This document shows positions 38,820 to 48,711 of a stretch of 64,000 bases of DNA, piece by piece; the first letter of the stretch is position 1, and every line of letters starts with the position of its first letter. The stretch lies in assembly GCA_964291495.2 (NCBI GenBank), contig OZ219872.1, positions 800,001 to 864,000 of the forward strand, given 5' to 3'. Below the pieces are notes generated by a model. That model was not told the origin of the DNA. It saw only the letters and a list, made by a program, of their open reading frames with translations, and made no database searches. Source of the DNA: Dehalococcoidia bacterium (GTDB taxonomy: Bacteria > Chloroflexota > Dehalococcoidia > UBA2979). The position numbers and the translations under genes are program-made.

Positions 38820-39959
38820 ATGACCACTCGGCCCACACCAGCTGAGGCCAACGGACGGGGACAGTTCGTCCCCGCGTACGTGTCGGTCGACAAGCTGCAC
38901 CTAGACTCCAAGAATCCGCGAATACAGCAGGTCGGCGAGGGCCTCAATCAGCAACAGATCCTCGAGCTCCTTTGGAGCGAGTACGCAGTGGAGGAAGTGG
39001 CGTGGTCCATCGCGCAAAACGGGTTCTTCCCGCACGAACCGCTCTTCGCTACTGAAGAGGATGGGAAGCTCATCGTCGTCGAGGGGAATCGCAGACTCGC
39101 TGCGGTACGGATCCTGCGAGACGACCGCCTACGAGAGAAGCTGCGCGCGACCAGCATCCCGCGGATCTCGGAAGACCTCGCGGAGGATCTCTCAGAGCTG
39201 CCGGTCATTCACTGCCAGCGAAAAGATGTCTGGCAGTACATCGGGTTCAAGCACGTCAACGGCCCGCAGGTGTGGAACTCGTTCGCGAAGGCCGAGTACA
39301 TCGCGTGGGTGAGGAACGAACTCGGTACAGAACTCGCGGAGATCGCGACCACGATCGGCGATACGCACTCCACGGTGGCCCGACTGTACCGAGCGTACAT
39401 GGCCTTGAAGCAGGCCGAGGACCGCGGGGTGTACCACCGCGATCAGAGAACCAGGAAGCACTTCTCGTTCTCGCACCTGTACACGGGACTCGACTACCAA
39501 GGGATCCGGGAGTTCACCCGAGTAGCCGATCTCGATCCTCCAAGAGAAAGGCCCATTCCGGCAAGGAGGCTCAAGGAGTTCGGCGAGCTCTGCGTGTGGC
39601 TCTGGGGGGACAAGGGGCGAAACGAGCCGGCACTGATCAAGAGTCAGAACCCTCACCTCCGGGAGTTGGATGAAACCCTGAAGTCCCCAGACGGCCTGCG
39701 CGCCCTACGGGCGGGCTACGGACTCCAACGGTCGCTCGATGTCTCGCGCGGCGACACTGCGCTCTTTCGGGATGCGCTTCTGACCGCCAAGCAATCACTT
39801 CAGGATGCACGCGGCAAAGTGGTGACCGGCTTCGCGGGTGAAGCCGACCTTTCCCGCGAGATCGACGAGATCGTCTCCTTGGCCGACGCGCTGTATGAGG
39901 ATATGAGCCAGGTAACCGTGGAGCGGCGCAGGCGCCGCAGGGCAGCCCGGAAGCAGTAG
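38820..39959 (+). CDS. ParB/Srx N-terminal-domain protein (island gene 1)
   Basis: GGAGG SD; LHLDSKNPRI and IVVEGNRRLAA ParB-like motifs, then an HTH-like segment. Confidence 0.8.
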   Translation: MTTRPTPAEANGRGQFVPAYVSVDKLHLDSKNPRIQQVGEGLNQQQILELLWSEYAVEEVAWSIAQNGFFPHEPLFATEEDGKLIVVEGNRRLAAVRILRDDRLREKLRATSIPRISEDLAEDLSELPVIHCQRKDVWQYIGFKHVNGPQVWNSFAKAEYIAWVRNELGTELAEIATTIGDTHSTVARLYRAYMALKQAEDRGVYHRDQRTRKHFSFSHLYTGLDYQGIREFTRVADLDPPRERPIPARRLKEFGELCVWLWGDKGRNEPALIKSQNPHLRELDETLKSPDGLRALRAGYGLQRSLDVSRGDTALFRDALLTAKQSLQDARGKVVTGFAGEADLSREIDEIVSLADALYEDMSQVTVERRRRRRAARKQ

Positions 39960-39965
39960 CAGCAA

Positions 39966-40904
39966 GTGCCCGGGCTCCAAATCCCACCTGCCTCAGCGGA
40001 TCCGACCGAGCACGCCGACTGGCTTGAACTAGCGGCGCTCATAGCGCCCGACCGTGACACCTCCGGGCAGGACCTCATTGCGGCAGTCCGACGCACAGGG
40101 TCGATTGACGCGCTCGATAGCGCCGACAGGCGTGACCACGACTCGCTCGACGAGCGCGTCGAGCCGGAAAGCGATGAACTCGAGCGGATCGCTGACGCCG
40201 CCATTGAGCAACTTGCACACCGCGAGGAGTACCTTGGGGACGGCTACCCATTCACTGTGAACGGTGCCTTGAGAGCAAAGCCTGGTGCGACGACCAGCGT
40301 TTACGCCTTTCTCGTGGCGGTCACGTCTTCGGGTTGGCGTAACGAAGCCGCCCCAGAGAGCGCAGCGTCCCTCTTCGAGCTCGTGAGCGCTGCTGCGCTC
40401 GTGAGCTATCTGGGTGGTCCGTCCTCTGCCCGGACGTACGACTTCGGCTTCCCCCGGCGCAATGGACCGAAGGCGTTTCATGATGCCGTTGAACACTTAT
40501 GCCAAGATATGGGTGAAGGGCTCGGATGTAGCGTACCAAGGCCGCTGACCGCAGAAGTGAAGGATGCCAAGCTCGATCTCGTTGGGTGGGTTCCGTTCCG
40601 AGACGGTCGCACCAACCAGCTGAGCGTGTTCGGCCAGTGCGCGACCGGCGCGAACTGGCGCTCCAAGATTAACGAGTTGCAGCCGGTCGACTTCTGCAAG
40701 AGGTGGCTCAGGGAGCAGCCGGCGGTGAACCCTTCACTCGCCTTCTTCGTGCCCCGACATATCGAAGAGCGCCACTGGCAGGAGGCTGCTGTGGGTGAGC
40801 ATCGCATCCTGTTCGACCGGCTCAGGATCGTCCGCCTATTGCCTGAGGTCGACAAGGACCTCGCTCGTCGCTGCTCGAAGTGGACGGAGTCGGCCGTCGC
40901 TTAG
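39966..40904 (+). CDS. Uncharacterised protein with putative PD-(D/E)XK/Mrr-like nuclease fold (island gene 2)
   Basis: FE helix, KDAKLDLVGW...FGQCATG (D...QxA in place of D...QxK), ILFDRLRI. Confidence 0.6.
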   Translation: MPGLQIPPASADPTEHADWLELAALIAPDRDTSGQDLIAAVRRTGSIDALDSADRRDHDSLDERVEPESDELERIADAAIEQLAHREEYLGDGYPFTVNGALRAKPGATTSVYAFLVAVTSSGWRNEAAPESAASLFELVSAAALVSYLGGPSSARTYDFGFPRRNGPKAFHDAVEHLCQDMGEGLGCSVPRPLTAEVKDAKLDLVGWVPFRDGRTNQLSVFGQCATGANWRSKINELQPVDFCKRWLREQPAVNPSLAFFVPRHIEERHWQEAAVGEHRILFDRLRIVRLLPEVDKDLARRCSKWTESAVA

Positions 40905-40961
40905 CGGCACCACAGTGGTATGCTCGGGCGGGTTCGCTCGTCCCCGGTGGGATCATCAGCT

Positions 40962-41840
40962 ATGAACGTTGCGAGTCCGCTCAGGTACCCCGGCGGCAAG
41001 GCAGCGATGACCAACCTGCTGCGCAATGTCAGGGCCCTCAACCTTCTAAATGGCCACGCAGTCGCCGAACCGTTTGCTGGCGGCGCTGGCGCGTCACTCT
41101 CGTTGCTATACCTCCGCGAGACACACGAGATCCACATCAACGACCTCGACCCGGCGATTCGCGACTTTTGGTACTCAGCCGTCCACGACACTTCCGGGAT
41201 GATCGACTATCTGGAGGCGGTGCCCGTGTCGGTCGACGAGTGGAGACGCTGGCGGGATGTCTACCGGAGCGAAAGCGCCTCGCGCCTTGATCGAGGGTTC
41301 GCAGCCTTCTACCTCAATCGCTGCAATCGTTCGGGCATCATTGAGAGTGGCGGCGTGATTGGAGGGCTTGACCAGAAGGGCCGCTGGAAGATCGATGCCC
41401 GGTTCAACAAGGACACGTTACGCGTGCGCCTTGAGCGAGTTGCGGCGGAGCGCGACCGGATATTCGTGAGCGGCCTCGATGGCATCGAGTTCATCGATAC
41501 TCTGGACACAGAATCAACGTTCTACTTCATCGACCCTCCGTACTTCAAGAAGGGTCCGATGCTGTATCTCAATGGGCTCGATCCTGAGTATCACGAGCAC
41601 CTCGCGGAGAAACTACGCGGCATGTCGGATGCGGCATGGGTTCTAACCTACGACGACTGCGCCGAGATACATGCACTGTACGGTGATTGGGCAACCGTGC
41701 ACCCCTTCACGTTGCGATACACGGCCCGTACGCGCCGACAGGGCAGGGAGGTGCTGATCACGCCGAGGTGGTTGCAGCTCCCCGAAACTCAAGGCTCATT
41801 CGCCCTAGACTGGCAACCGCACGCCACCGCCGCCGATTGA
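40962..41840 (+). CDS. D12-class DNA adenine methyltransferase (island gene 3)
   Basis: SPLRYPGGK, EPFAGGAG, INDLD, FYLNRCNRSG, FIDPPY. Confidence 0.9.
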   Translation: MNVASPLRYPGGKAAMTNLLRNVRALNLLNGHAVAEPFAGGAGASLSLLYLRETHEIHINDLDPAIRDFWYSAVHDTSGMIDYLEAVPVSVDEWRRWRDVYRSESASRLDRGFAAFYLNRCNRSGIIESGGVIGGLDQKGRWKIDARFNKDTLRVRLERVAAERDRIFVSGLDGIEFIDTLDTESTFYFIDPPYFKKGPMLYLNGLDPEYHEHLAEKLRGMSDAAWVLTYDDCAEIHALYGDWATVHPFTLRYTARTRRQGREVLITPRWLQLPETQGSFALDWQPHATAAD

Positions 41841-41929
41841 CGTCGCTACGACGGGCTGCCGCCCGCCCAGCGTACAAGGCTCGCCGGATCCCCTACCCTC
41901 TCCCGCGAAGGTGCGAGGGGACAGAGGAG

Positions 41930-41950
41930 TAGCGGGGCGAAGCCCCGCTA
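41930..41950. terminator. GC-rich hairpin between convergent genes
   Basis: TAGCGGGGC-GAA-GCCCCGCTA. Confidence 0.5.
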
Positions 41951-42757
41951 GAACTCGTCGGCTTGCCAGGCCTCGATCGTGGGGCGCAGGCCGTCCTCGC
42001 GGATGCGGCGGTTGACGTCGAGGACGGCGGGGGCGAGGTGGCCGATGACGTCGATCTCGAAGCCGACGGCGAGCGCCTCACGGAAGCCCTGGATGTCCTG
42101 CGTCTTGTTGATCGCGAGCTTCTCCAGGCCCAGCAGGTCCTTCGGCACGCGCGCCAGCTTGCGCGCGTACTCCGCGACGTAGGCGTCCAGCTGGTCCGCC
42201 GGGAGCGCCGCGTTGAAGATGCCCAGCTCCGCCGCCTCCGCGCCCGTGATCGTGTCGCCCACCGGCAGGAAGATCTCCTTCGCCTTCTTTGGACCGAGGT
42301 GCCACGCCCAGAACACCGAGTTCCAGCCCGCACCGAGCGGCAGCTGCGGCGCGCCGATGATCGTGTCCTCGGCGACGTAGGTGATGTCGCAGATCACCGC
42401 CAGCTGCGTGCCGCGACCGAGGCAGTAGCCGTGCACCTTGGCGATCACCGGGATCTTGAGGTCCCAGATCTGCATCCAGCGCCGGTACTGCGCCTCGAGC
42501 CGGTTGCGATCCTCGATCGGCGTGAAGTCGCGCGGCTGGCCCGAGGAGTCGTCGCGCTTGGTGTCGGCTCCGGCGCAGAAGGCGCGGCCCGCGCCCTGCA
42601 CGATCGCGCAGCGCACGTCGGGGTCCGCCTCGGCGCGCAGCAGCGCGGCGATCAGCGCCTCGTCCAGCTCCGGGTTGATCGCGTTGAGGCGCTCCGGCCG
42701 GTTGAGCGTGACCGTCGCGATGCGGTCCTCCACCTCGTACAGGACGACGTCGGGCAT
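41948..42757 (-). CDS. Crotonase-superfamily protein lacking the canonical catalytic glutamates
   Basis: NRPERLNA, FCAGAD, HGYCLGRGTQ, GAPQ. Confidence 0.88.
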   Translation of the reverse strand: MPDVVLYEVEDRIATVTLNRPERLNAINPELDEALIAALLRAEADPDVRCAIVQGAGRAFCAGADTKRDDSSGQPRDFTPIEDRNRLEAQYRRWMQIWDLKIPVIAKVHGYCLGRGTQLAVICDITYVAEDTIIGAPQLPLGAGWNSVFWAWHLGPKKAKEIFLPVGDTITGAEAAELGIFNAALPADQLDAYVAEYARKLARVPKDLLGLEKLAINKTQDIQGFREALAVGFEIDVIGHLAPAVLDVNRRIREDGLRPTIEAWQADEF

Positions 42758-42772
42758 CGTTTCCTCCTTCCG

Positions 42773-42900
42773 CCCTCACCCCCACCCTCTCCCTCGGGGA
42801 GAGGGGGTCGGAGGGCTCTCCCTCACCCCCGCCCTCTCCCTCGGGGAGAGGGGGCGGAGGGCTCTCCCTCACCCCCGCCCTCTCCCTCGGGGGGCGGGGG
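42773..42900. repeat. Three tandem REP-like palindromes
   Basis: CCCTCACCCCC(A/G)CCCTCTCCCTCGGGG three times, period about 47 bp. Confidence 0.9.
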
Positions 42901-44094
42901 CTAGCCGCCACCGTTGACGCGCGGCAGCACCTTCGTTGCGAACAGCTCCAGCGATCGCATCAGCTTGTCGTGCGGGATCAGGCCGTTGAACTGCCAGGCG
43001 AACAGCCAGTCCACCGGATCGTGCGAGACCATCGCCTCGAGCTGCCTCGTCACCGAGTCGACGCTGCCGACGAGCAGCATGCCGAGGTCCATCATCTCCT
43101 GAGGCGTCATCGGGTCCTCGGTGCCGGGCTTGTTGCGGCCGACGCCGAAGCCGAAGGGCGAGAACCAGGCGTTGTGCGCGAAGCCGGCGCCGCGGCGCCA
43201 CAGCTCGTACGCCTCCTCGTCCGTGTCGGCGATGAAGACGTCGCGCAGCAGCCCGATGCCCTCGCCCGGCCGGAGCGTGTGTCCGGCGGCCGTCGCCTCG
43301 TCCTGGTAGGCCTCGAGCAGCTTGCGCTGGTTGACCGGGTGCATCGGGGTGACGACGGCGGTGATGCCCTCGCGCGCGCACCAGCGGACGGTGCCCTCGC
43401 TGGAGGCGAAGGGCTGGAAGATCGGCGGGTGCGGCTTCTGCAGCGGCTTGGGCACGACGCCGATCTGGCGCAGCATGCCGTCCTCGTCGACGCCCTTGCC
43501 CCAGAGGCGGGTGGCCTCGAGGGTCCACGGGGTGCCCTCGGTGGGGATGGTCCAGTAGCTGCTGTCGGTGTCGAGCATCTCCTCGGTCCAGCAGCGGCGG
43601 ACGATGTTGAAGTGCTCCTCGAAGGCCTGGCGGTTGGCGGCGTCGATCTCGTCGTGCTGCTGCGGGATGGCGCCGTGGATGCCGTGCATCTGCTGCGCCA
43701 TCACGTCCACCCAGCGGCGCTGGTAGCCGCGCGCGAAGCCGGCGATGGCGCGCCCGCCGCTCATCTGGTCGAGCATCGCGATGTCCTCGGCGACGCGGAT
43801 CGGGTTCTGCGCGGGCAGCACGATGCCGAGCTGGCCGACGCGGATGCGCTCGGTCTGCATGGCGATGTAGAGGTCGAGCAGGACGGGGTTCGTGGAGAGC
43901 TCGAAGCCCTCGATGTGGAAGTGGTGCTCGGTGAAGGAGATCGAGTCGTAGCCGAGCCGGTCGGCGAGCTGCGCCTGCTCGGTCAGCTCGGCGAGCATCT
44001 GCTGGTAGAGGTCGTCGCGGACCCCGGCCATGCCCTGCTCGATCTCCTCGCGGGAGCCGACGGTGGGCAGGTAGAAGAGGCTCGTTTGCAGCAC
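42901..44094 (-). CDS. Luciferase-like (LLM) flavin-dependent oxidoreductase
   Basis: FTEHHFH, NPIRVAEDIAMLDQMSGGR, PKPLQKPHPP; GTG start. Confidence 0.9.
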   Translation of the reverse strand: MLQTSLFYLPTVGSREEIEQGMAGVRDDLYQQMLAELTEQAQLADRLGYDSISFTEHHFHIEGFELSTNPVLLDLYIAMQTERIRVGQLGIVLPAQNPIRVAEDIAMLDQMSGGRAIAGFARGYQRRWVDVMAQQMHGIHGAIPQQHDEIDAANRQAFEEHFNIVRRCWTEEMLDTDSSYWTIPTEGTPWTLEATRLWGKGVDEDGMLRQIGVVPKPLQKPHPPIFQPFASSEGTVRWCAREGITAVVTPMHPVNQRKLLEAYQDEATAAGHTLRPGEGIGLLRDVFIADTDEEAYELWRRGAGFAHNAWFSPFGFGVGRNKPGTEDPMTPQEMMDLGMLLVGSVDSVTRQLEAMVSHDPVDWLFAWQFNGLIPHDKLMRSLELFATKVLPRVNGGG

Positions 44095-44191
44095 GTGTTC
44101 CCCTCCGGCTCCGCGCTCGCGCCGATGCGCTGGGGATGATACGCGAGGGGGTGCCGGGCGCCAGCGACGCGGCCGGCAGCCCGCAGCCGCC

Positions 44192-45067
44192 TCAGAAGAT
44201 CGAGCCGGCGAGGGCGGGCGGCTCGAGGGCGGCGAGGGCCTCCGCGCGCTCGTGCACGCGCTGGCTCGTCGCCTCGGGGTGGGTGAAGAGGTAGAAGCGG
44301 TTGTCGCGGACGCCCTCGAAGACGATGTTCGCAACGTCGTCGGGCGGGATGTAGCCGGGGCCGCCGGTCTCCGCCTGGCGCGAGAGGGCGCGCTGGTAGA
44401 GGTCGTGGTCGCGCACTGCCTGCGCCTCGTCGCCCTCGGTGCGGAACTCGTCGGGGCGGCGGTTGCGCGTGCCGCCCCCGCGGATGCGGCCGGGGCAGAG
44501 CACCGAGCAGTTGACCTTCGCATCGAGGCGCCGCAGCTCGTGGTAGAGCACCTCGGTCAGCGCGACGATGCCGGTCTTGCTGACCACGTAGCTGCCCATG
44601 CCGGGCCGCGCGCCGAGGCCGGCAGCCGAGGCGGTGTTGACGAGGTGCCCCTCGTCGTCCTGGGCGAGCATCAGCGGGATGAAGATCCTCGTGCCATGGA
44701 TCGCGCCCCAGAGGTTCACGCCCAGCGCCCAGCGCCAGTCCTCCTCGGTCGCCTCCCAGATCGAGATGTCCTGCGGGTTCACGCCGGCGTTGTTGCAGAC
44801 CACGTGTACGGCGCCGAAGGCCTCGACCGCCGCGTCCGCCAGCCGCTGCACGCTCTCCGATTTCGTGACGTCGGTCGCGACGGTGATCAGCCGCTCGCCG
44901 GCGGCGCCCTCCTCGATCAGCTGCGCCCGCGCCGCCGCGAGGTCCTCCGCATGCACGTCGGCCATCGCGACGCTCATACCCTCGTGCGCAAAGCGCCGCG
45001 AGAGCGCGAGGCCGACCTTGCCGCCCGCGCCGGTGACCACCGCGACCCTGCCCTCGAACTGCTGCAT
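44192..45067 (-). CDS. SDR family oxidoreductase
   Basis: TGAGGKVG, NNAG, NTAS, YVVSK. Confidence 0.9.
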   Translation of the reverse strand: MQQFEGRVAVVTGAGGKVGLALSRRFAHEGMSVAMADVHAEDLAAARAQLIEEGAAGERLITVATDVTKSESVQRLADAAVEAFGAVHVVCNNAGVNPQDISIWEATEEDWRWALGVNLWGAIHGTRIFIPLMLAQDDEGHLVNTASAAGLGARPGMGSYVVSKTGIVALTEVLYHELRRLDAKVNCSVLCPGRIRGGGTRNRRPDEFRTEGDEAQAVRDHDLYQRALSRQAETGGPGYIPPDDVANIVFEGVRDNRFYLFTHPEATSQRVHERAEALAALEPPALAGSIF

Positions 45068-45171
45068 CGTTCGCTCCTCGCCTCGTCGCTTGCGCTTGCC
45101 TCGGGCGTGCGGATCGCATCCGCCCGCTCGTCCCGCCTATCATCGCCGGGCGCGCAAGCGAGGGGGAGCCG

Positions 45172-45576
45172 ATGGCCGTCGAACTGGCGAGGTCCGCGAT
45201 CGATCTGGGGATCGTCGTGGCCGACGAGGATGCGATGCTGCGCTTCTACCGCGACACGCTCGGCCTCGAGTACCTCAACAAGCAGACGACAGGCCCGGGC
45301 GGTTACATGCACCGCCTCGCCTGCGGGGAGAGCGTGATCAAGCTCGTCGTGCCGCCGCAGACTCCGGCCTCGCGCACGCCTCGCGGCGCGCGCACGCAGA
45401 CCGGGCTGCGCTACTTCACGATCCTCGTCTCCAACGTCGAGGAGGTCGCCGCGCGTTGCGAGGCCGAGGGGTTCGAGTTCCACTCGCCGCTCAAGGCGGC
45501 GACCCACGGCGGGACGTACGTGCAGGTCTACGACCCGGACGGCAACGTCGTCGCCTTCGTGCGCGAGGACGAGTAG
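45172..45576 (+). CDS. VOC/glyoxalase family protein
   Basis: FYRDTLGL, DPDGN. Confidence 0.85.
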   Translation: MAVELARSAIDLGIVVADEDAMLRFYRDTLGLEYLNKQTTGPGGYMHRLACGESVIKLVVPPQTPASRTPRGARTQTGLRYFTILVSNVEEVAARCEAEGFEFHSPLKAATHGGTYVQVYDPDGNVVAFVREDE

Positions 45577-45629
45577 CCCGGACGCGCTCGCGGCGCGTCC
45601 GGGAAGGACAGGGAGCGAGGAGCAACACC

Positions 45630-46556
45630 ATGCGCATCGGCTTCATCGGCCTCGGGAACATGGGCGGGCACATGGCGATGAACGTGATCGCCGGCGGCCA
45701 CGACGTGGTGGTGCACGACATCCGCCGCGAGGCCGCCGAGCGGCACGTCGCCGCTGGCGCGCGCTGGGCCGCCACGCCGCGCGGGGCGAGCGAGGACCGC
45801 GAGGTCGTCTTCACCTCGCTGCCCGGCCCGGCCGAGGTCGAGCAGGTGGCGCTCGGTGAGGGCGGCGTGCTGGCCGGCGCCGCGGCCGGCACGATCTACG
45901 TCGACCTCTCGACCAACTCGCCGACGCTGATGCGGCGCGTCCACGAGGAGTTCGCCGGGGAGGACGTCGCCGTCCTCGACGCGCCCGTCAGCGGCGGCTC
46001 GAAGGGCGCGGAGCTGGCGACGCTGGCCGTGATGGTCGGCGGTCCCGAGGAGGCCTACGAGCGCGCGAAGCCGGTGCTCGACCTGATCGGCGACAAGGTC
46101 TCCTACATCGGGCCCTCGGGCGCGGGGGCGATCGCGAAGCTGGTGCACAATCTGATCACGATCAGCGCGCGTGTGATCGTCGGCGAGGCGCTGACGCTCG
46201 GCGTGAAGGCCGGGGTCGACCCGGAGGCGCTGCTGGAGGCAGTGCAGAACGGCTCCTTCGGGCAGGGCAACCTGATCCACCGCACCGTGCCGAACATCGT
46301 CTACCAGGGCGCCTACGACAACGTCGGCTTCGCCCTCGACCTCTCGCTCAAGGACCTGCGGCTCGCCCTCGAGCTGGCCGGGGAGTTCGATGTGCCGATC
46401 GCGCTCGGCGCGGTCGCCGAGGCGGAGGTCGCCGAGGCGGTCGACGCCGGCCTCGGCCCGCTCGACTCGAGCGCGTCGATCATCCTGCAGGAGCGGCGCA
46501 GCGGGGTTGAGCTGCGCGCCGCGGACGCGGTCCGCAGCTGGCAGGACGACCGCTAG
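45630..46556 (+). CDS. 3-hydroxyisobutyrate dehydrogenase-family oxidoreductase
   Basis: IGFIGLGNMG, LDAPVSGG, KLVHN, KDL. Confidence 0.9.
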   Translation: MRIGFIGLGNMGGHMAMNVIAGGHDVVVHDIRREAAERHVAAGARWAATPRGASEDREVVFTSLPGPAEVEQVALGEGGVLAGAAAGTIYVDLSTNSPTLMRRVHEEFAGEDVAVLDAPVSGGSKGAELATLAVMVGGPEEAYERAKPVLDLIGDKVSYIGPSGAGAIAKLVHNLITISARVIVGEALTLGVKAGVDPEALLEAVQNGSFGQGNLIHRTVPNIVYQGAYDNVGFALDLSLKDLRLALELAGEFDVPIALGAVAEAEVAEAVDAGLGPLDSSASIILQERRSGVELRAADAVRSWQDDR

Positions 46557-46584
46557 CAGCCGATAACCCGTCGATCACGCAGAC

Positions 46585-46605
46585 TGTCTACACTGTGTCT
46601 ACACT
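46585..46605 (+). promoter_or_regulatory. Tandem direct repeat upstream of gltA
   Basis: TGTCTACACT at 46585 and 46596 (11-bp period); includes a TACACT -10-like hexamer. Confidence 0.55.
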
Positions 46606-46692
46606 AGGTAGCGGTGGATTCTGGCCGCGAGCGCCGCGGGCCTCGGGCCCGCCCTGCGCGCCGGGCGGCCATGCGATAGCTGGGGGTGATGT

Positions 46693-48009
<1,317 letters not shown>

Positions 48010-48711
48010 GCGCGGGCGATCAGTCCGCGCGCGTCCTTGCGTTGGGGGCTGCGCCCTTAAGGACACGCGCCCGACCTCGGAAGGTCGTTGCGCCCGGGGC
48101 GGCGCTGCGCGCCGGGCGGGCTGCGCCCGCTCCCCCTCACCCCCGCCCTCTCCCTCGGGGGGAGAGGGAGCCGGACCGTCCGCGCGTGGCTGGCTGCCTG
48201 CTCCGAGCCTGTCATCGGCGCGGAAGTCCGGCACGCGCCCTCACCCAAGGAGACCTTTCTTAACCCGCTCCTCGGGGCAGCGAGCGCATCCCATCCGGTC
48301 CCCTCTCCCCGAGGGAGAGGGTCAGGGTGAGGGAGGGTCCGCCCTCCGGGAATTGCGTTGCGCCATCGGGGCTTTCGAAGGGGCACGGGAGTCCTCCCCC
48401 TCACCCCCGCCCTCTCCCCAGGGAGAGGGGACCGGACGCGCCTAGCAAGGCTGGTGCGTGCTCGGCGTTGTGGCGTGCGCCGGACCGGCGGGGGCGTGGG
48501 GGCGAAGCCCCCACCTAAGAAAATCCGGGGCGGGTGGGTGGGTCCGAGCGGCGCGTAGCGCCCGCTCGTCCGGGATGGGGGCGTGGGGGGCGCAGCCCCC
48601 CACACAGGACACGCTCTTGGCCTCGGAGATTCGCTGCAACTCGGAAGTCCGGCGAGCGCCCTCACCCCCGCCCTCTCCCTCGGGGAGAGGGGGCCGGAGA
48701 CGCTCGCGCGG
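48010..48711. repeat. Mosaic intergenic repeat cluster (700 bp)
   Basis: Four REP-like palindromes plus modules shared with 18200-18323 and 37025-37145. Confidence 0.85.

Noticed and set aside
38820-39959. Chromosome or plasmid partition gene parB
   Set aside because: No parA or parS-like site, and the context is an MTase island.
38665-41947. att sites or target duplication around the island
   Set aside because: No flanking direct repeat, tRNA or integrase found by eye.
42773-42900. Regularly spaced repeats resembling a CRISPR array (also 29236-29580 and 56895-57340)
   Set aside because: Intervening sequences are short or near-identical rather than unique spacers, the repeat is the dispersed REP family, and there are no cas genes.
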